A model generated the notes under the pieces. It was not told the origin of the DNA. It searched no databases and saw only the letters and a list, made by a program, of their open reading frames with translations. A DNA stretch of 64,000 nt. Source: Amoebidium appalachense. Lineage: Eukaryota > Protista > Ichthyosporea. The translations under genes were made by a program, and so were the position numbers. The stretch lies in NCBI GenBank assembly GCA_963693365.1, contig CAVNZM010000010.1:2046001-2110000 (forward strand), read 5' to 3'. This document shows, piece by piece, positions 47,808 through 60,922 of the stretch; position 1 is the stretch's first letter; each line of letters starts with the position of its first letter.

Positions 47808-49928
47808 ATGGCTTCGGTTCTTGTTTCACAGATGGCCACGCAGTTGGCATCGCAGCCACAGCTCATCGCCGCGGCATCTACGGCCAGGTAGGGTAGAGGT
47901 GTGCGGAGGTGTGGTTCTTGTCTTGGTGGATTATATATGGATATTTGCACACATAAAGGCATGCAAGCTGACAAATAGAAAAATAAGGGGAACGCTTTTT
48001 GTATATATGCGCGGTGCTGTTTCTGGCCGCTAGGTGTTTTGTTTGAATCATACTATCTCTGCTTGACCAAGTCTGCCATTGGTAAGAACAAACATAGAGC
48101 ATTTGATTCGCATTCTCTTTAATCTGAACATTGATTCAGTAATGATTAGAGAGTTACTCGAAGGGTTTGAGAGGTGGTATCAAGAAGCTAGCTTGGCAGG
48201 GAAGACTACTTATCGTTCTCGACTTGGAGCGATCAACATCCAGATCGAGCATTGAATTGAATCATCCACCTAGCAGGTCAAGAGAGGAGGTCTCTAACAC
48301 TGCTATTGTCCCACAGCTTCCGCTATGCCGTCCGCTACGCCTCGATCGCTCGTGGTACGTACTCGATCCTGACTAGGCACGCTTTCACCTTGGTTGTTAA
48401 TTGTCTTCGCAAGAAAACACTCCTAGGATTCGCAAGTTAACGCTCCTGAAAGGGAAACTGGGTTCCTTTGTGACTTGGCTGCAGCCAAAATTGCACAGCA
48501 GGAAACGGGGCCAGGGTGGGGAATGGGCGGGGAGGGCGAGGAAGGGGGGCAGGGAGTTGAGAGAGAGTTGGGGGGGGGGGGGAGGGGGGGGGAAGGAGCA
48601 AAGAAAACACAACACTAAACATGCTCTATGCTCTTTCTTCCTTCGAACTCGAGCGACCTCTTGTAACTGACCTTATGAATCTGATTTTCACTCTTAGAGC
48701 AAAGGCGGTACAAGTCCACAGTGCCGGGCAAGAACGTGTTTGTGCTCAACTGCGGAAGCTCGTCGATCAAGTACCAGCTGCTGGAGGTGATGGGGCCCAA
48801 GGAGGCAAAGGTCGTGTGTCAAGGTCTGGTCGAGCGCATAGGCGAGAAGGCCAGCCCCATCAACCACAAGAAGTACGTGTTTTCTGTTTTGTTATGTTTT
48901 CTGTTTTATTTCTTTTTTTTTTCTTTTTTTTTTTTTCCCCTTTCTTGGTTTGGGGGGGAGGGGGGGGGGAGGGGAAGAAAGAGGGGATGGGGGGGGGGGG
49001 GGGGATGTAGTTTTCTTCCCCCCCCCCCCCCCCCCCTTTTTTTTTCCCGTTTGTGACTGTGATAAAGGAGGGGGGGGGGGGGGGGGGGGGGAGAGGGTGG
49101 TTGAGCTGTGCGGATGGTTGCAAGAGTTTGCAGACTTATTCGGGTGGGCTGGGGGGGGGGGGGGGGGGGGGGGGGAGGGGGGGTTAGAAAGGTAAGGGAT
49201 TGGGGGGGTGGGGGGTGGGGGAGCGAGTGGATGGATGGATGAGTGTCTTTGTCGAAGAGGGTGAGTTAGGTGAGTAAGGGGCTTTAAGGGATGGGTTGTG
49301 GGGTCGGGAAGATGGTGGGTGTGCATTGGGGGTGTGCTGTGCAACCTTATTTGGGTAATCCGTCATTTAGATGTACTTCGTATTCTATAGCACATTCTAA
49401 CCACCATCTCTCCTCCCCCCCCCCCCCCCCCTTCCCCGCGCTCTCTCTATAGCACATATTAACCACCATCTCCTCCCCCCCCCCCCCCCCCTCCCCGCGC
49501 TCTCTCACACAGGGAGGATGCCTCTTCTGACTGTGCGCCCAGCAAGAAGTTCGAGGTGCCGCTTAAGGACCACAGTGTGGGTCTGGCCGAGGTCTGCCGT
49601 CTGGTCTACCCTGGTGGGTGCCCTTGTGCCGGGCCGGACAATATATGGGGGGGGGGGGGGGGGAATAAGGAATTTGATACCCTTTCGGGTCGCATTGACC
49701 GATAAATGTGAATTGACTTGTATTAGGGGATTCTGTTAGCCGTCGCGGGGGGCTTTTTTTTGCAGGAAGGGGTTGCCGGGTCGGAAGTTTTCATGGCATT
49801 GGGAGAGAAATCACGAAATCTGAGAATCTGACACCGTGTCTGGTCACTTTGGCTAATCGAATACCCGTTGAAAGCAATTAGTTATAAGGGGACTCTGTGA
49901 GTCGTCTGGTGGTGGTGGTGGTGGTGGT

Positions 49929-49963
<35 letters not shown>

Positions 49964-50095
49964 CTGAGTGTGGGTTGAGGAGGCGGGTAAGATTGGGGGA
50001 GGGGTCAAAACAAGAATCCAGCAAAGAAAGAACGAGAACACACACATGCATTTCTTAGTAGTAACATACTTCCTTTCCTTTTTCTGCCATCAAAA

Positions 50096-50126
<31 letters not shown>

Positions 50127-50429
50127 AGGAAAGAAAAGGAAGAGAGATCGAGAGAGAGAGAGATGAAGACAAGGATCTAGCAAAGAAAGTAAGATGGCAC
50201 ACACATGCACCTAGTAGTAACAAACATCCCTTCCTTTTCCTTTTTCCACCACCATCAAACAGGAGACCTGAACACCGTGGACCTGTACGCCATTGGCCAC
50301 CGCGTGGTGCACGGTGGGGAGAAATTCGCACGGTCCGTTGTTATCAACAATGAGGTCGTGCAGTCCATCAAGGACAACGTGGTCCTTGCGCCCCTGCACA
50401 ACCCTGGCAACCTCATGGGCATCGAGGGT

Positions 50430-50473
<44 letters not shown>

Positions 50474-50776
50474 TTGGGGGGGGAAGATAGTGTGTTTGGG
50501 GAAGGGGGGGGGAGGGAGGAAGGGAGGTACATTCGTGCGGCTGTGATTGGGTGTGAAACGTAGTTCTGGCACCCTGCACAACCAAGGCAACCTCATGGGC
50601 ATCGAGGGCACGTGCGCGTGTGGTTCAGGCGGGGAGGAGGAGAGGGGGGGGGGGGGGGGGGGGGGGGTATTGTGAGAAGGCTAGGGATACTTGGTATGAT
50701 GGCACGCAAGGGTTCTACGTTTTTCGGTTTTGCATGGTTTTACCATTTTTTGTCTCTAGAGGGGAGGGGGACAAGC

Positions 50777-50812
<36 letters not shown>

Positions 50813-51150
50813 CTGAATACTTCCAATCTTTCCTTCCCCACATTCTAACGTGTACATCCCCCCCTCCCCCCCTTACCCCACAGTGGCAACCAAGATGTTC
50901 CCCAGGGTGCCGCAGGTTGCGTGCTTCGACACGTCGTTCCACCAGACCATGCCCCCACATGCCTTCATGTACCCAATCAACTACAAGCACTACCAGAAGG
51001 AGCGCATCCGCAGATACGGTTTCCACGGCACAAGGTGTGTGGGTGTGGGTAGTTGTGTGGGTGTGTGGGTGTGTCGAGTGTGATGTGGGTTAGGTGGGCA
51101 GTCTGTGAAAGTGTTGCATGCGGGTATGGGGAAGAGGGGCGGGGTTTTGT

Positions 51151-51192
<42 letters not shown>

Positions 51193-51611
51193 TATCTGAG
51201 CCCATCTTGCCTTTTCCACACGGTCCCCCCCCTCCCCCTCCCCCCGCCCCTCCCCCGGAAAGAGCAGGCACACACACACACACCACTCTTTTCCCCACCA
51301 ACACAAACGGTCACTCACCACCAGCACCCCCATACAGTCACGCATATGTCGCCGCCCGCGCCGCAGAACAACTCGGCAAGCCCCTCTCCCAGTGCAACCT
51401 CATCACACTTCACATCGGTAACGGTGCGAGTGTTGCTGCCATTCAGAACGGAAAGGTCATTGATACGTCTATGGGTTTGACCCCCTTGGAGGGTTTGATG
51501 ATGGGCACGAGATGTGGTGATGTCGACGCTTCCATCCCTCTGTTCCTCGAGTCTCAGGGCTACTCGTCTAAGGATGTATGTGATTTTTCAACCCCTCTTC
51601 CCTCCCCCCAA

Positions 51612-51660
<49 letters not shown>

Positions 51661-51745
51661 ATTACTCCCTTGGTTGTGCTTTTGTTATGTTATGTCCATC
51701 CCCACTTGTCGATGATTGACTGTTGGCAATGTGTTTCCAGGGGGG

Positions 51746-51782
<37 letters not shown>

Positions 51783-51887
51783 CACAAACACTTGCTCGGA
51801 GCATGTCCGTGTAAGTATTTGTGAATCCTGTGGGGACACAGTGTGTGCGCGCACCACAAGGACAAGCACACCGTGGCGCGCAGTATG

Positions 51888-51926
<39 letters not shown>

Positions 51927-52686
51927 ACTCTAACCTCCTGCACTGTGCAGATCAACACGATGCTGACTAAGCAGAGCGGTCTGGCTGGCATCTGTGGCCA
52001 TGGCGACCTTCGCGACGTTATTTCCGGTAACACACAACCCCTCCCCCTCCCCCCCCCCCCCTCCCCCCCCCTCTCTCTGCCCGCCCGCCCGCCCGCCTCC
52101 CCTGGGGACAACACACGCACGGGCGCGCGCACACACACACACACACATATTGACGTGCGCGTGCGCGCTCACAAGCATATGCAGATATACCTATAACGCG
52201 CTTTGTGTGAAGCTTTGCACGCAATTTCCTGTTTTCCATATCTGCTTCTTTTTGCATCAACACCCTTTGTTCCTTGGGGGCTGTAAACCGCTTCCCCCCC
52301 CCCCCCCCCCCCCCCCTCCCTTCCCAATCCCCAAAACACACACATAAACACACGCCACACACAGGCTGGCGCATGCACACACACAGATACGCACACACAC
52401 ACACACACTGCAGAACACATGTGTTTTCACTCGTGGCCTGGGCCCATTCAACACAGCCCAATATATGCACAAAAATCACGGGCTAAGCACATGCGGAACA
52501 CTGACAAACCATCACAGGCTACAAGGAGGGCAAGTCCCTCGAGACACTAGCCTTCAACATGTACATCTACCGCATCAAGAAGTACATTGGTTCGTACATG
52601 GCTGCACTCAGCGGCAAGGTCGACGCTATCATCTTCACGGCTGGTGTGGGTGAGAACAGCGATCGTACGTACCCCCTCTCCCCTCT

Positions 52687-52756
<70 letters not shown>

Positions 52757-53355
52757 CCTCAAGAAAAGAAAGAAAATGGGGGAGGTGTCAAATACTCTTC
52801 TGCCGCACATGCACACACACCAAGGACAGCCAAGCACAAACAGGTACACACATGCACGCACGCACCAATCAATCCACACCAAGCCGCCTGCCCCCCCGGG
52901 GAATCCCCGGCCCTTCCGATACCCACACCTGCCACCCACCTTCACCATCTGCTTACTCCAGAATCCCCTTCTTCCCCCCCCCCCCCCCCCCCCCCCCCCC
53001 CACCCCAACCCCCTTCTTTCAGCAAACACACACATACACACAGACAGACACACATACCCGTTTACATGCATGTACACGTGTGCTACACCGCACACACATG
53101 CATATTCACTTGCACAAAAACAAACAAACATCAAACTAACACCCATCCGCCTACCCATGTACAGTTCTCCGCGAGCAGGTGACGCATGACCTTGCACCAA
53201 TGGGCATCAGCGTCGACATGCAGAAAAACGCCGTCCGGGGCACCGTCGACATTTCTGCCGCAGACACACGCACGAAGGTGTTCGTTATTCCCACCAATGA
53301 GGAGGCTCAGATTGCATTTGAGAGCGTCGCAGCTGTGAGCGAGGCGTCAAAGTGA
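47808..53355 (+). CDS. ackA: Acetate kinase, 453 aa, 10 exons: 47808-47887, 48317-48354, 48698-48872, 49513-49613, 50263-50427, 50884-51034, 51338-51575, 51951-52026, 52518-52664, 53165-53355
   Basis: Motifs [79 protein letters not shown] and IPTNEE are present. Exons sum to 1362 nt and all introns are GT-AG in phase. Confidence 0.96.
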
Positions 53356-54017
53356 ACAAATTGAATGTGTCGTTAGTTGGTTAGTCTAGTGAATATTCAG
53401 TGGGTATTGCTGTGGGTATTCAGTTGATATTCCTGTGGGAATTGGTCGATTTTTAGTTAGTATGTCTTGCAGACGTTCAATGAATATCATGGTAGGTGTT
53501 CACTGAAATATTCCTGTCAGTGGGTATTTAGTTAGTATTCTTAATCGCCCAATCCAATGTCTTCAGATTTTTTTTGTGTTTAGATTTTAGATATTAATTC
53601 TGGTTGGTTCCTGGATATGTATTGATGTCCCGGTTCGAACATATTATGATTTAGAACCATCTCTTCCCCCCGGGGGTGACCGCGCACATTACATAGTCAT
53701 ATGCGTGAGCCTTTCAATTAGTGCCCATCAGTAGACTCTCAATCGAACAATCTTTCACCCCTTGTGCCTTTTATGTTGGTCACACTGCCTGGTGCCGTGT
53801 TGCCTTCTAGGCCAATAATAAACTAATCGCCACAATCGGATTACTGTATAGCTCATGTAATGTTTTAACCCCCCCTCCCCCCGGGCCTGCCATCCCCCTT
53901 CTCAAGCACAATTTAGATTAACATGAACACTCGCAACATGCTATGCATGCAAGCTCGGCCTGGTGCGCATTTGCATGCAAACAGCGGTGTGTGTGTGCGT
54001 GCGTGTGTGTGCGTGTG

Positions 54018-54081
<64 letters not shown>

Positions 54082-54399
54082 AGGGAGGAGCCTCGGGGGA
54101 ACTAGGGGGCAGGGGGCTAGTCCTGAAGTTACAGGGCTCACTTGTAAAAATTTTCCTTCATTGGGTGTTTTGTGCATGCGATGTTACGTGGCGTATATCA
54201 CAGTGTGTAATCTACATGTGGGTGTGTGTACATGTGTACGTGGGTTTTTTCCCCCCGTTTCTTTCCTTTTCTATTTTTCTATTTTTCTTTCTTTGGTGTG
54301 TGTAGAGGGGGGGGGGGGGGGGGGGTCTGTTTAGTTGTGAAGTGGGGAGGGGGGCGGGGGGGGGGGGGGGAGGGGCCCAGGGAGGGGGGGGGGGGATAA

Positions 54400-54754
54400 G
54401 GAGTGCGTGGGGAGGGGGGGGGGGGGAGGGGGCCCCGGGGGTGGGGGGGGGGGGGGGGGGGGGAAGAGAGAGGGGCCGGGGGGAGGGGGGAGGGGGGAGA
54501 GGGGGGACGGGTAGCCCGGGCCTGGGGGGGGGGGGGGGGGGAAGGGAGAGAGGGGGCGGGGGGGGGGGGGGGGAGAGGGGGGTGGGAGGGGGGGAGAGGG
54601 GGGAGGGCATGATTGGTGTGTGTGTGTGTGTGTGTGTGTGTGTGGTGGTGGTGGTGGTGGGGGGGAGGGGGGGGGGGGGAGGGGGCCCCGGGGCTGGGGG
54701 GGGGGGGGGGAGGGGAGGGGGGTGGGGAGGGGGGAGAGGGGGGAGGGCATGATT

Positions 54755-54787
<33 letters not shown>

Positions 54788-55060
54788 TGGTGGTGGTGGT
54801 GGGGGGAGGGGGGGGGGGGGAGGGGGCCCCGGGGCTGGGGGGGGGGGGGGGGGGGGGAGAGAGAGAGGGGCCGGGGGGAGGGGGGGAGGGGGGAGAGGGG
54901 GACGGGTAGCCCGGGCCTGGGGGGGGGGGGGGGGGGAAGAGAGAGGGGGCGGGGGGGGGGGGGGGGAGAGGGGGGTGGGAGGGGGGAGAGGGGGGAGGGC
55001 ATGATTGGTGTGTGTGTGTGTGTGTGTGTGTGTGTGGTGGTGGTGGTGGTGGTGGGGAGG
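54400..55060. repeat. Irregular higher-order G-rich tandem repeat (modules GAGGGGGCCCCGGGG, GACGGGTAGCCCGGGCCT and GAGGGCATGATTGGTGTG)
   Basis: GAGGGCATGATTGG recurs at ~54603, ~54743 and ~54995; GACGGGTAGCCCGGGCCT recurs at ~54506 and ~54901. Confidence 0.8.
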
Positions 55061-55086
55061 GGGGGGAAGGGGAGGGGGGGGAGGAA

Positions 55087-55117
<31 letters not shown>

Positions 55118-55531
55118 AGTAACCTATACAGTTCTTTTTTTCAGCTTGGGTTGCCAGCAGCCATGCACATTATAGATTTGCGGAACGAGCCCATCTATAT
55201 CGAAAGGCTAAAGAAAAAAAAAAAGAGAAAAAAAAGAAAAGAAAAAGAAAACAATGGCGCTGCAGAAAGCAACGAAAAGCTGAATTCAAACGTATATATC
55301 ACAGACACAGAGCTCGGGGAAAGTGCTGTTTCTTTTCCGCATGCATGTGATTTGTGGTGAGGTGGCGCCCCCCGAGGCAACCAATTTCCGTTTCCCATTC
55401 CATTCCATTCAAATCCATTGTCGTACTCTACGTATGTATCAGTTGAGTTCATTTATCGTGACTCTCTCTTCTTCTCTCTCTTCTCGTCCGCGCGGAATTC
55501 GAAGAGAGAGAGGGGAGGGAGAGGGGGGGGA

Positions 55532-55573
<42 letters not shown>

Positions 55574-55893
55574 CTAATTCTTTTATTCAGCTTCAGCTGC
55601 CAGCCGCCATGCACAACAAAAATTGCCCGAATGTGCCCGTTTATCTCGAAGCGCAACAGCAACGTCAGATGATTCAGTATTTAGATATTCGTTACAGTCG
55701 TTATGTAATATAACCCATATGTGGAGATATATCCTAATTTCGGTTTACTCTTTTCTAAACTCTAATGATAAAGAACTTACCACACTGCAGGACACAGCCA
55801 GTACCACAGGTTTCCCATTGCTTTTATGTTGATATAAATCGCGTGAAGATATGACATTTTTTAATAAAAGGGAACACACCACACCACTATTCC

Positions 55894-57484
55894 CTACTGC
55901 CCATTGCAGGGCACAGCCAGCACCACAGGTTCCCCGTCGTCTGTAACCACCTCCCCCACACTATACTGCGGCATGTACGCCCTCCTCACTCTATTGCTTA
56001 TGTTTGGACAACTCCTGTGCCAAAAAAGCGGATGCAAAACCACAACACTACCCGCATTCATCAAAAGCGCATGTTCAAAGTTATCACCGTCGCCACATTC
56101 CTCGAATTCTTCGCATTCCTCCGGACGCTCAGCACCCGCCCACTGTTGCGACGTTACACTCTCTGCCCATGCCCATCTTTTATCAACGTCATTCCTCCCT
56201 TCGAAAGTCATAATATTATTCCCTTGTCCACAATTTGTCATTACCGTAGCCACCAACGACCCATATTCCTCCTGACTGTTCAAAATCTTTGTTTTTGTTT
56301 GTGGGACACAAAGAGTCCCCACCTCTTCATTCATATCATCAAGAGCGCACCACACAGACATATACGGTGCGTTTCGCAAATTTTCTGGCATGGTTTCCGC
56401 GTCCTGGTGCCACCGAAACGCTGTTTTCCCTCCGGAATTCGGCGGTTTGACAATGTATTGTTCGTTCAGTAGGTGTATGCTGTTAATTTCTGTACCGAGT
56501 AGACGTGATAACAAAAGGGGAATATCGTGCAGTATCAGTTGGTTCACGGTGGGTTCAAGACCAAGTTTGCGGCGCATGTCGCCATACAGGGAGGCATCTC
56601 GCTTGCAGGTTGAAGGAGCACCTGTTTTGGTCATTTATTCACATCAGAACTGCCCACCGCCCAGATTACAAGAGAAAAAAGAAAAGAAAAAAACAAAGCA
56701 TAAAAAAAAAAAAACACTGTGATACTTTTGCTCCTTCTTGCAGTAACAAATGTCTGCTTCCCTCTTTGCTCTCCTACCTCTATTCCTGTTCCCTACGACC
56801 TTTGTGCTACCCCCCCCCCCCCCCCCTCCCCCCCCCCCGGGCCCCCCTGCATACCCGTAAGCAGCAATTCCATTTAACCTCTGCGATACCAATACCCCCC
56901 CCCCCCCCCCCCCCCCCCCAAACCCACCTCCCCACCCTTTCATCTCTCCCCTCCTTCATCCTGCATTCAAAAAACCAACCCAGTATCCGAAAAAGACATC
57001 ACAGAGGCCGCACATTCAGTAAACACGTGCACAGGCAGCAATCAACACACCCCGTACACGAATGCATAAATGATACTTGGATCCAGGCACACACACACAA
57101 ACATACGCTCACGTGCAAGTATGATAGGCGCAGAGCGCACGCAGGTGCACACATGGGAAGGATGGAGGAGGTTACTTATGCACCCAAGCACACACACACA
57201 CACAAACATACACACGCACACACTCTTGTGAACACATAGGCACGAAGTACACACACATGCGCACGCGGGAAGAATGAAGGTAGTCTCTGGGAGACGGAGA
57301 GGGATCGATATCACATACATACTACATGAAATTTGGACAACCCCCCCCCCCCCCCCCCGCCGCCCCCCCCCCGCAAATAATAATAATAGTAATAATAATA
57401 ACAAAACCTAAAAAGAAAAGGAAGTGCACATACGCACGCACGCACGCACGCACGCACGCACACACGCACACACACACGCACACA

Positions 57485-57549
<65 letters not shown>

Positions 57550-58230
57550 GCACACACACACACACACACACACACATTCTCTAGCACATCAAACCTGTGT
57601 TGCACAACACGACGGAAGAAAATGCATGCCTAGACAAAAACACTGAGTGTGAGCACACATTCACCTTCACAACACAAATTCAACATCGTTCAGAACCAGC
57701 ATACCTGGCACAGATTCCAGTATGCACCCAGACTTGCGCACAAGCGACTGGAGCGAAGTTTCCCATGAAAGTCGTCTGGCGCACTCCTTCCTGAGCAATT
57801 TAACATGGCTGGGGGGTAGAAGGTCATGCAGGACTACGTAGCCTGCAAGAAGGCAAAAAAAAAAACATGGATTTCGGGTTAGGTGTGGATGTGATGAGTG
57901 GGTTGGGGATTATTTGATTAAACATCGTGTAGAGCTATGTCACAAGAGGTTGAAACGAACACGGAACATGGGCAAGTGTTTAGTGACTCCCTGCCTCCTC
58001 ACAATGGTCACAACATTAAGCGGTTGGACTAACTAAACAACTATAAAAAAAAGTGGCAGGGAAAATAGCTAAAAATAAAGGCCCTATACTCTATCAAAAT
58101 CTTCAAGTTCACACCACACGTTCGGTTCCAAAAACCCGCGCCTACCTTTTTGCACGAATGTTCGCCTGATTGCCTCAAAGTCTAGTTGTGAAAGCGGGAG
58201 ACAGCAGCCATCGAGACTTTCAACAGTCAT
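55894..58230 (-). CDS. PhyH-family Fe(II)/2-oxoglutarate dioxygenase, 316 aa; exons 58230-58146, 57842-57705, 56621-55894
   Basis: Motifs FVQKGYVVL, YIVKPP, FRWHQD (HxD), SVWCALDD and GSVVVLHPLFWHRSCPNISNRVRRA (distal His and Arg) are present. Exons sum to 951 nt. Confidence 0.9.
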
Positions 58231-59056
58231 GTTGTTGTTGCCGAGAGCGAACTGTAGGGTTGCAAGTGCACAGAGAGCCGATTACGCAAGTGTACGTGGA
58301 AAGGTTGCTGAAAGGTGACGCGGAAAAGGGGGGAGGAGGGGAGGGGGGTGTGTTGGAGAAGGGGCGGTGGTGGTGGGGGGGCGGCCTGGGGTGAGGGGGA
58401 GATGGAAGAAGGGGGCAGAGAAATGCCGAACACTTTCGAAATTCAAAAGCGCCGGTCAATTTCAAATGAATGAAAAAGCACTCATAACAAACTCGTGTGG
58501 AAGGGGCGAGAGTAGGATGTGTATGTCACTTACATATACGTGTGTTACGAATACGAACTTTTCGAAAGTAAGTAATAGCCCCCTCAGCCCCCCCTGTGAG
58601 TCATCATAGAGGGCCGGGGGACTTTCCAAGGTGATTTGGCGGGAAGCTGTTTGATTGGCTAAAATTGCACCACAGTTTATGAGGTCAGCAAAAAAAATAG
58701 AGCGAACAAGATTATAAGAAAAGACTTCACTTGAAATTGGGATGTTCGGCATGTTCGAACTACAGAAAGGTCGCTGGTGATGAGGTGTACTTCTTATAGA
58801 AATCTGTAGAAAAGTCATTCTTAACAGATAGTTACAATTTCAAAGCACTTGTTTTCTAAAGAGAAACACCGCAGCTTATTTAATTTAATACACAGCCCTT
58901 CAGTTTCAAGTGACTCTTGAGACCTTCTGCGTGGTCCATTCACCCATGTTCCTTTTAATCTAAGGAACGCTTAGATCGAGGTCGTGATCCCTCCGTCTCC
59001 CTCCCTCAAAACCCCCTCCCCCCCCACCTCCCACACATACACACACACACACATAC

Positions 59057-59095
<39 letters not shown>

Positions 59096-59174
59096 CCCCG
59101 ATCTCCTTCTCCATTTCCTTGTCAACGGTCTTTTTTCCTCGTTTCGTTTTCAATTGATCTTCCAATGCTCGAAG

Positions 59175-60357
59175 ATGGCAGAGGTTCAAGAGGAGGTGAA
59201 GCAGAAGCTTGACGCTCTCTATGGGTTGGCGGAGGAAGCAGTAGCGGTGACCAGCGCTGTCAAGCTGACGATCTGGCACAGAAAAGCAAAGTCAGTACTT
59301 GTACAGGTGCTCGTCCATCCCCCCCCTCCCCCCCCCCCCCCCCCCCCCCGGGTGCTTGTATTGACATGAGGATTCCCCCATCTACCCCCCTCCCCCCCGA
59401 CACACACGCAGCACCCCCCTCCTCCCTCCTCCCCTCTCCACTCTTCCCGTCCAATCCCCCCAGCTCCCTTCTCCGCCTCTTTCCCTTCAAGCCGACGCTA
59501 TTGGGCGAGGATTCAAAACAAAAGCATGTTAGGTTGCAACCAAGGGCATGGGCGTGGATGTGAGTAGTGTTGAGGTAGCAGAGAACGGAAAAAAACGGAG
59601 CGATTATAGCATACATCTCTGACACTATGCATGATCACCAGCCTGCTTGTTATGTTGAGGTCATTCCAAGACTTCATAGCAACATGCAGCTGCTCTTGAC
59701 TGGGCAATTCCTGACTTTCTGTTTCGCGTACACCCCCCATCTCGCCAGCTATCCATCACACTAATCTACAACAGGGAATTCGAGTTCTGCGTACTTGTGA
59801 CTGTTCAGCAAGGAATAGACACAAAAAATGCACATGTTTGACTAAACTCTATACACACAGGCTGTGACTTACGATCTGGAGCAAGAGTATGAGCGTGCCT
59901 ATGTTCTTTATCTACGCTTTGGCATGTAAGTAATCCACATGCACCACAGTGGTGGCTTGCTGTGGCTTCTTATAGATGCATGTTTGACAAATTAAATGAA
60001 ATGTTTGATTGAATTGTAAAAGAGCTACCTTTTTCAAGCTAGCAGTACTGTAGGGGGCCCTGAAACGTACTCGTTTAACACATGAATACCCAAGCACACA
60101 GTACACATGAACATGGCACGCACGCTCGCACACGTGCAAGTGCCAGGGCATACACATGGTGCGCACGCAGGCACGCGCACACATGTACACATAAGCAGTA
60201 CACACACACATGCGGGGGGGGGGGAAAGGGGGGAAGGGGGGGCATTGGAGGGGCGTCAGGCGGAGGGGCTAGGAGGGATGGGTGGGAGGGTAGGTATGTG
60301 GGTGGGTGGTGGGTGGTGGTTTTGGTGGTTGTGGTGGTTGTGGTAGAGGAGCAGGGG

Positions 60358-60393
<36 letters not shown>

Positions 60394-60476
60394 GAAGGGG
60401 GGGGGGGGGGGGGGAGGGGGGTCTACTAGACCAAATGGTGTTTGTAGGACATCTTGATTAATTGAAGTTTTTTTTT

Positions 60477-60518
<42 letters not shown>

Positions 60519-60891
60519 AGGGGGGGGATGCGAGGGAGGAAGGGGTAGAATGGGGGGAGAAGGGGGGAGGGGGATGCGAGGGAGGAAGGGGGTAAAGGGG
60601 GGCGGGGCGGAGAAGGGGAGATGGGAGTGCTGAACAGGTAGGAATGGTGGGCTATTTCCTTCTCCCTCACTACCACCCATGCATGTATTCCCGGACATGG
60701 ATATACTGAAATTCACGCAGACGATCAATGATCTTACGAGTGGGATTCATGTTGCTTACCATATATGGCTAATCGGATACTTTTCCTGAAACCAGATTGG
60801 TAGCACAGACAGGCAAGCACCCAGAGGCACCGAGACCAGAACACCAGCAGGAGAGGCAAAGGTTGAAAAAGGTGTGTTTTGTATTTTTTTT

Positions 60892-60922
<31 letters not shown>

